From NCBI GenBank assembly GCA_021791445.1, contig JAJYWO010000002.1, positions 21,757 through 85,756 of the forward strand: a stretch of DNA of 64,000 nucleotides, written 5' to 3'. The DNA comes from a bacterium. GTDB taxonomy: Bacteria > Patescibacteriota > Minisyncoccia > UBA6257 > UBA9933. Positions 56,527 through 64,000 of this stretch are shown here, in pieces (within the stretch, counting starts at the first letter, position 1; every line of letters begins with the position of its first letter). Below the pieces are notes generated by a model that had not been told where the DNA came from, did no database searches, and was given only the letters and a program-made list of their open reading frames with translations. Position numbers and translations under genes: made by a program.

Positions 56527-57043
56527 ACCTTACTCTTAATTTTTTCGGTTTGTCGCGGAGAATTTTAGGAAGAACAATTCTTAAAATTCCATTCCTGAAA
56601 GAAGCCACCGCTCTATCGGCGTCAATTTCTTGCGGCAAAATAACAGTACGGGTGAATTTCCCCCAAAAACATTCTTGGCAAAGATATTCCTTGTTGGAAT
56701 CTTTGTCTTCTTTGGAACGCTTGCCGTTTATGGTAACCGAATCAATCGTTATTGAAACGTCTATGTCTTCCCCTTTTACGCCGGCAATCGCCGACTCTAT
56801 CACATAACTCGTATCCGTCGCGTAAACGTCAACCGCCAACTGGCCCTCTTCTTGTTCGTCGGCCATTTCATTAGTTTTATCTTTTAAATCTTTTTCCATT
56901 TTTATATTTTCCTTGCCGCTATTTTCATCGGCAGCAAATTTAAAACTCTTTCCGTTTTGCCGACCATTTGAAGAGTTAAAACCGGAAAATTTTCCATCCG
57001 GCCCAACGCCGGCCAATTTTGCAAAAAAATTTTTCTCATCCAT
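56519..57043 (-). CDS. Hsp20/alpha-crystallin family small heat-shock protein
   Basis: ACD with a C-terminal ILRIVLPK motif. Confidence 0.7.
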   Translation of the reverse strand: MDEKNFFAKLAGVGPDGKFSGFNSSNGRQNGKSFKFAADENSGKENIKMEKDLKDKTNEMADEQEEGQLAVDVYATDTSYVIESAIAGVKGEDIDVSITIDSVTINGKRSKEDKDSNKEYLCQECFWGKFTRTVILPQEIDADRAVASFRNGILRIVLPKILRDKPKKLRVRFD

Positions 57044-57049
57044 AAAATT

Positions 57050-57748
57050 TTATTTTATTTGTTCAAAATCCTTAAAAACGACCAATGCGATAATTATCAA
57101 TAAAAACAGCGGATAAAGTAACATGCTTAAAACGCTTATCTTGCTGGAAATAAGTATAAGATAATTGAAAAAACCGTGCAAGACACTGGCGATGACAAGA
57201 CCTGTAATAATTTTTAATTTCCATCCGCCGGCCGACGGATTAATTTTCAATAAACCCTTTGCCCAATAATAGCCGACAATGGCCGAGCTTAAAGCGTGCA
57301 ATAAAGTGGCGCCATTGAAACGAATAACTAAAAGTCCGTAAATTCCGCCGTCTTGCCAACCGTTGTCTATGAAAGCGCTCGCGGCCAAAAAGATATTTTC
57401 CAAAGCCGCGAACCCCAAAGCCGCGGTAATCATATAAATCATCGCGTCAACCGGCTCGTCGAAATCCTTATCGCCTTTCACGGTGGCGTAAACCACCAAA
57501 AATTTCAAAACTTCCTCAACCGCCCCTAAAACCAAAAAAGAGAAAAAATCAAATTCTCCGATTTTAAAAAAATTCAAAATGTCCTTGAAAAAAATCTGGA
57601 AAACCACCGCCATAAAAGCGACTATCATTCCCCAGATAAAAACCCGCGCCAGCTTTTTTTTCGGCTCCGGGTGGTCATCCTCTTTCAAAAAGAAAACAAG
57701 CCAGATTAAAGACGGCAAAACGCCGAGCAAAATAGCAAAAATCAACAT
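57050..57748 (-). CDS. PrsW-like intramembrane protease
   Basis: EEVLKF (EExxK), GFAALENI and conserved His residues within TM helices. Confidence 0.5.
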   Translation of the reverse strand: MLIFAILLGVLPSLIWLVFFLKEDDHPEPKKKLARVFIWGMIVAFMAVVFQIFFKDILNFFKIGEFDFFSFLVLGAVEEVLKFLVVYATVKGDKDFDEPVDAMIYMITAALGFAALENIFLAASAFIDNGWQDGGIYGLLVIRFNGATLLHALSSAIVGYYWAKGLLKINPSAGGWKLKIITGLVIASVLHGFFNYLILISSKISVLSMLLYPLFLLIIIALVVFKDFEQIK

Positions 57749-57775
57749 TAATAAATTATACTTGAAAATTTAATT

Positions 57776-59851
57776 TTATTCCCATTTGTCAACCATTAAA
57801 AAGTCCGCATTTTTACTGGGCAAATTCTGGTAAATTTCCTCGGTAATAAACGGCATAAAAGGATGGAGGAGTTTAAGAACAGTATAAAGTATAAAGTATA
57901 AAACAGTAAGCGTTTCGGCTGAATTGTTGTTTTTTGAATATTCAATGTATTTATCCGCTAAATCATGCCAGATAAAATCATAAAGCGTATGAAGCGCCTG
58001 TCCGAATTCATAATTTTCAATATCTTTTTCAACGGATTTTTTCACTTGTTCTAATTTCTCCAAAATTTCTTTATCTTCTTTTGATAATTTTAAATTTGAA
58101 AATTCATTGGAAATTGGAAATTGGAAATTGGAAATTCCAGTTCGTTCCAAGACGAATCTGGCTATATTCCAAATTTTATTAGCAAATTTCTTTCCGGCCA
58201 TCACGTGTTCTTCCGCCCAATGAATATCCTGTCCGCCCATCGCCTGCCAAATCAAACCGAAACGCGTGGCGTCGGCGCCGTATTTTTCAATCAATCCCAT
58301 CGGGTCTATTCCGGTCCCAAGCGATTTTGACATTCGCTTGCCGTCTTTGGTTAAAATCGTCGCGTGAATAATAACATCGCTGAACGGCTCCTTGCCCATA
58401 AATTCCGTTCCGGAAAACACCATTCTTGCTACCCAAAGGTTGATAATATCGCGCGCGGTTGATAAAACCTGTGTCGGATAAAATTCTTTCAAATCCTTGT
58501 TGTTTTTATCGGGCCAACCAAGAGTGGCAAAAGGCCAAAGCGCCGAAGAAAACCAAGTGTCCATAACGTCATTTACGCCTTCAATTGGTATTTTATGCCC
58601 CCACCAAATCTGCCGCGAAATACACCAGTCTTTGATGTTTTTCAGCCAATCCAAATAAACCTTTTCCCATTTCTGCGGATGAAATCTTATTCTCCCGCTT
58701 TCAACGGCCTTAATGGCTGATTTCGCCAATTCATCCATTTTTACGAACCATTGCAAAGACGGGATCGGTTCCACTATGCCATTACAACGATAACATTTGG
58801 CGACGCCATGAGTATAATCTTCCTCTTTTTCCAATAATCCCAATTCTTTCAATTTTTCAATCACTTTTTCCCGACATTCTAAAACTTTTAACCCTTCGCA
58901 AATCTCCCCCGCCAATTGAGTCATTCTGCCTTTCTCGTCAATAATTTTATAAATCGGCAAATTATGCTTTTCTCCCATTTGCGCGTCATTAAAATCGTGC
59001 GCCGGAGTAACTTTCACCGCGCCGGTGCCGAATTCTTTTTCAACCAAATCATCGGCAATAATCGGAATTTCCCTGTTTTGAATCGGCAATAAAACGGATT
59101 GTTCGACAAATTCTTCATATCTTTCATCTTTGGGATTAACCGCCACCGCGGAATCTCCCAACATTGTTTCGGGACGCGTTGTGGCAACAATTATATTACC
59201 GCCCCTTTTTAGCGAATATTTGATATACCATAACTTTGTTTTTTCCTCTACATATTCAAGCTCTAAATCTGACAAACTGGTTCCGCAACGCGGACACCAA
59301 TTTACGACTCTTTCTCCCTGATATATCCATCCTTTTTTATAATAATGATTAAACGCTTCCTGAACCGCTTTTGAATAATTTTCATCCATTGTGAAAGCAG
59401 TGCGCGACCAATCGCAAGAAGCGCCCAGTTTTTTAAGCTGGTCCAAAATTATATTCCCGTATTTTTCTTTCCATTCCCAAACTTTTTCCAGAAATTTTTC
59501 TCTTCCCAATTGATGGCGGGACAATCCTTCTTTTTTTAATTGTTTTTCAACGACATTCTGCGTGGCAATGCCGGCGTGGTCCGTGCCAGGAATCCAAAGT
59601 GCCTTGTATCCTTGCATTCTTTTATAACGAATCAAAATATCCTGAATTGTCGCGTTTAAAGCATGCCCCATATGAAGCGAGCCCGTCACATTCGGCGGCG
59701 GAAGAACGATGGTGAACGTTTTACCTTCATTCGGATTATCAGCCCGAGGCTGATGCGCTTCCGGCGCAAAAAAACCGCTCTGCTCCCAAAACTTGTAAAT
59801 TTTTTCTTCCGTTTCTTTTGGATTATATGGCTGATTAAATTTCTCGTTCAT
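57776..59851 (-). CDS. valS: Valyl-tRNA synthetase (short form)
   Basis: PPPNVTGSLHMGHAL and KMSKSLGT. In-frame (GGAAATT)4 at 58109-58136 and a REP hairpin at 59735-59751. Confidence 0.9.
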   Translation of the reverse strand: MNEKFNQPYNPKETEEKIYKFWEQSGFFAPEAHQPRADNPNEGKTFTIVLPPPNVTGSLHMGHALNATIQDILIRYKRMQGYKALWIPGTDHAGIATQNVVEKQLKKEGLSRHQLGREKFLEKVWEWKEKYGNIILDQLKKLGASCDWSRTAFTMDENYSKAVQEAFNHYYKKGWIYQGERVVNWCPRCGTSLSDLELEYVEEKTKLWYIKYSLKRGGNIIVATTRPETMLGDSAVAVNPKDERYEEFVEQSVLLPIQNREIPIIADDLVEKEFGTGAVKVTPAHDFNDAQMGEKHNLPIYKIIDEKGRMTQLAGEICEGLKVLECREKVIEKLKELGLLEKEEDYTHGVAKCYRCNGIVEPIPSLQWFVKMDELAKSAIKAVESGRIRFHPQKWEKVYLDWLKNIKDWCISRQIWWGHKIPIEGVNDVMDTWFSSALWPFATLGWPDKNNKDLKEFYPTQVLSTARDIINLWVARMVFSGTEFMGKEPFSDVIIHATILTKDGKRMSKSLGTGIDPMGLIEKYGADATRFGLIWQAMGGQDIHWAEEHVMAGKKFANKIWNIARFVLERTGISNFQFPISNEFSNLKLSKEDKEILEKLEQVKKSVEKDIENYEFGQALHTLYDFIWHDLADKYIEYSKNNNSAETLTVLYFILYTVLKLLHPFMPFITEEIYQNLPSKNADFLMVDKWE

Positions 59852-59872
59852 AATGAATCAGCGCGCTCCGTT

Positions 59873-60670
59873 TTAACGGAGCGGCTCGACATAAATTTCC
59901 GTTCTATTCGGGTCCGCGAAAGTGAAGCTCACTGCCGAAGGCGCCGTTGCGCCGAGCAAAACTACTTCTTTCGGGAAAATTATTTTGAAATATCTTTCCT
60001 CAAACGCTTTCAAATTGTCCAGTTCGGTTTTGGAAGCGCTGATTTTAATATTATTGGAGGTCGCCAAAAATCCGACCAGCCGGATTTTTCTCAGCGGATA
60101 AGCGTTTTCATTGATTATATATCCGCTCACCTCCACGCCCTTGCCGCTCTCGCTCATTTTTACAATCCTTTCTCTGATCTGCGTCTTGGGCTTCGGAAAT
60201 TTCTCGGTTGCCAGCCATTGAACATCCGAAAAGGAAATTTTAATTTCGCCGATATCGGAATAATTCAAATCCGCGAGTTCAAACACGTATTTTATTTCCG
60301 AAGCGTAAATAAAAGAACTGTTGGAAATTGTTTTTATTTTTACGCCGCTTTTATTATAAATATCAAAAACATAAGAAAATCGGCTGGCGCCGTAATTGGT
60401 ATTGGAATTTTTAATCTGCGTCGCAAACGCCGCTTTGCCGTTAATCGGAAAATAATTGCTCCAAACCGATTGAAGCGGCAATAAAGTTTTTATTTCGCAA
60501 GCCGCGCACGGCCCGCCGCAATCAATTCCGATTTCGCCCTGATTTTTTTTCTCGTCAAAACAAGTCGGCGCCGGCTTTAAAAACAAAAAATAAATTCCCG
60601 CCAGAATCAAAAAAACAATCGCCAAATATCCGGAACCGTAAATTATTTGCTTAATCAAACGTTTTCCCAT
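59873..60670 (-). CDS. Hypothetical secreted or membrane protein. Start trimmed so it does not overlap 5S rRNA.
   Basis: The ORF as listed would run into the 5S gene, so an internal Met at MGKRLIKQ is used. One N-terminal TM helix. Confidence 0.35.
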   Translation of the reverse strand: MGKRLIKQIIYGSGYLAIVFLILAGIYFLFLKPAPTCFDEKKNQGEIGIDCGGPCAACEIKTLLPLQSVWSNYFPINGKAAFATQIKNSNTNYGASRFSYVFDIYNKSGVKIKTISNSSFIYASEIKYVFELADLNYSDIGEIKISFSDVQWLATEKFPKPKTQIRERIVKMSESGKGVEVSGYIINENAYPLRKIRLVGFLATSNNIKISASKTELDNLKAFEERYFKIIFPKEVVLLGATAPSAVSFTFADPNRTEIYVEPLR

Positions 60671-60705
60671 TAATAAAATTATACATATTTTCGGCAAATA
60701 AAAAA

Positions 60706-60821
60706 GCCGGCAAACCCTACTTTCCCAGCCGTCGAAACAGCAAGTATCATCGGGACTGCGCACTTTCACTGTCCTGTTCGGAATGGGAAGGAGTGGTGCA
60801 TACGCAGCTAAATCACCGGCA
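60706..60821 (-). rRNA. rrf: 5S rRNA
   Basis: Reverse complement contains CCCATTCCGAACAGGACAGTGAAA with complementary termini GCCGGTG/TTGCCGGC. Confidence 0.8.
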
Positions 60822-60843
60822 GAATACCAAACATACCAATAGC

Positions 60844-60932
60844 AATCGTAAAATTATTTCTGAAACCTAAACGGAAGCGCAGTCCGCCCTGGGCGGACGT
60901 GAGCGGGTTGAAGAAATAATTTTACGATTGCG
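60844..60932. repeat. 20-bp perfect inverted repeat (GCAATCGTAAAATTATTTCT/AGAAATAATTTTACGATTGC) enclosing REP hairpin TCCGCC-CTG-GGCGGA, in the 23S-5S spacer
   Basis: Seen in the sequence. Could be a processing stem or an inserted element. Confidence 0.4.
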
Positions 60933-60979
60933 TTTCAAAACTTATCCAACTTATTGAATCTTAAATTTTTGAAGAAAAC

Positions 60980-63958
<2,979 letters not shown>

Positions 63959-64000
63959 CTTCTCGAATTTAAGATTCAAGAAGTTGGACAATTTATATTT

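Overview
This 64-kb window comes from an AT-rich, gene-dense bacterial chromosome. The gene content is consistent with a reduced Patescibacteria/CPR-like genome, which is my inference: a type IV pilus and competence toolkit, a short IF-2, short aaRSs, and an RtcB+archease pair. The window ends in a 5S-23S rRNA block on the minus strand.

Housekeeping genes are recognisable from motifs in the supplied ORF translations. They include gltX, murC, murD, cysS, dnaB, recR, rplU, rpmA, rplI, infB, pyk, topA, rsh, dnaK/dnaJ/grpE, mnmA, gatCA, trpS, ligA, tsaE and valS. I identify twelve tRNA genes, one of which carries a group I intron in its anticodon loop.

Features beyond ordinary annotation:
1. A family of GC-rich REP-like hairpins, (T)CCGCC-N3/4-GGCGG(A) and TCAGCC-N3-GGCTGA, scattered through intergenic DNA, the rRNA spacer and the coding frames of ligA, parB and valS.
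2. Two stand-alone GIY-YIG nuclease genes. Each sits directly upstream of a tRNA gene and is preceded by a 5' fragment of that same tRNA fused to one of these hairpins, which suggests a tRNA-associated mobile module.
3. A 38-46 bp palindromic operator family (TATAACA..CGATCG..TGTTATA). It occurs twice upstream of grpE-dnaK-dnaJ, once upstream of a PaaX-like wHTH regulator that sits where hrcA normally would, and once immediately upstream of an rtcB-ligT-archease RNA-repair operon.
4. Two inverted copies of a roughly 255-bp MITE-like element with ~60-bp terminal inverted repeats, bracketing 20 kb.
5. Heptanucleotide and octanucleotide microsatellites inserted in frame into many essential genes.

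No CRISPR array is present.
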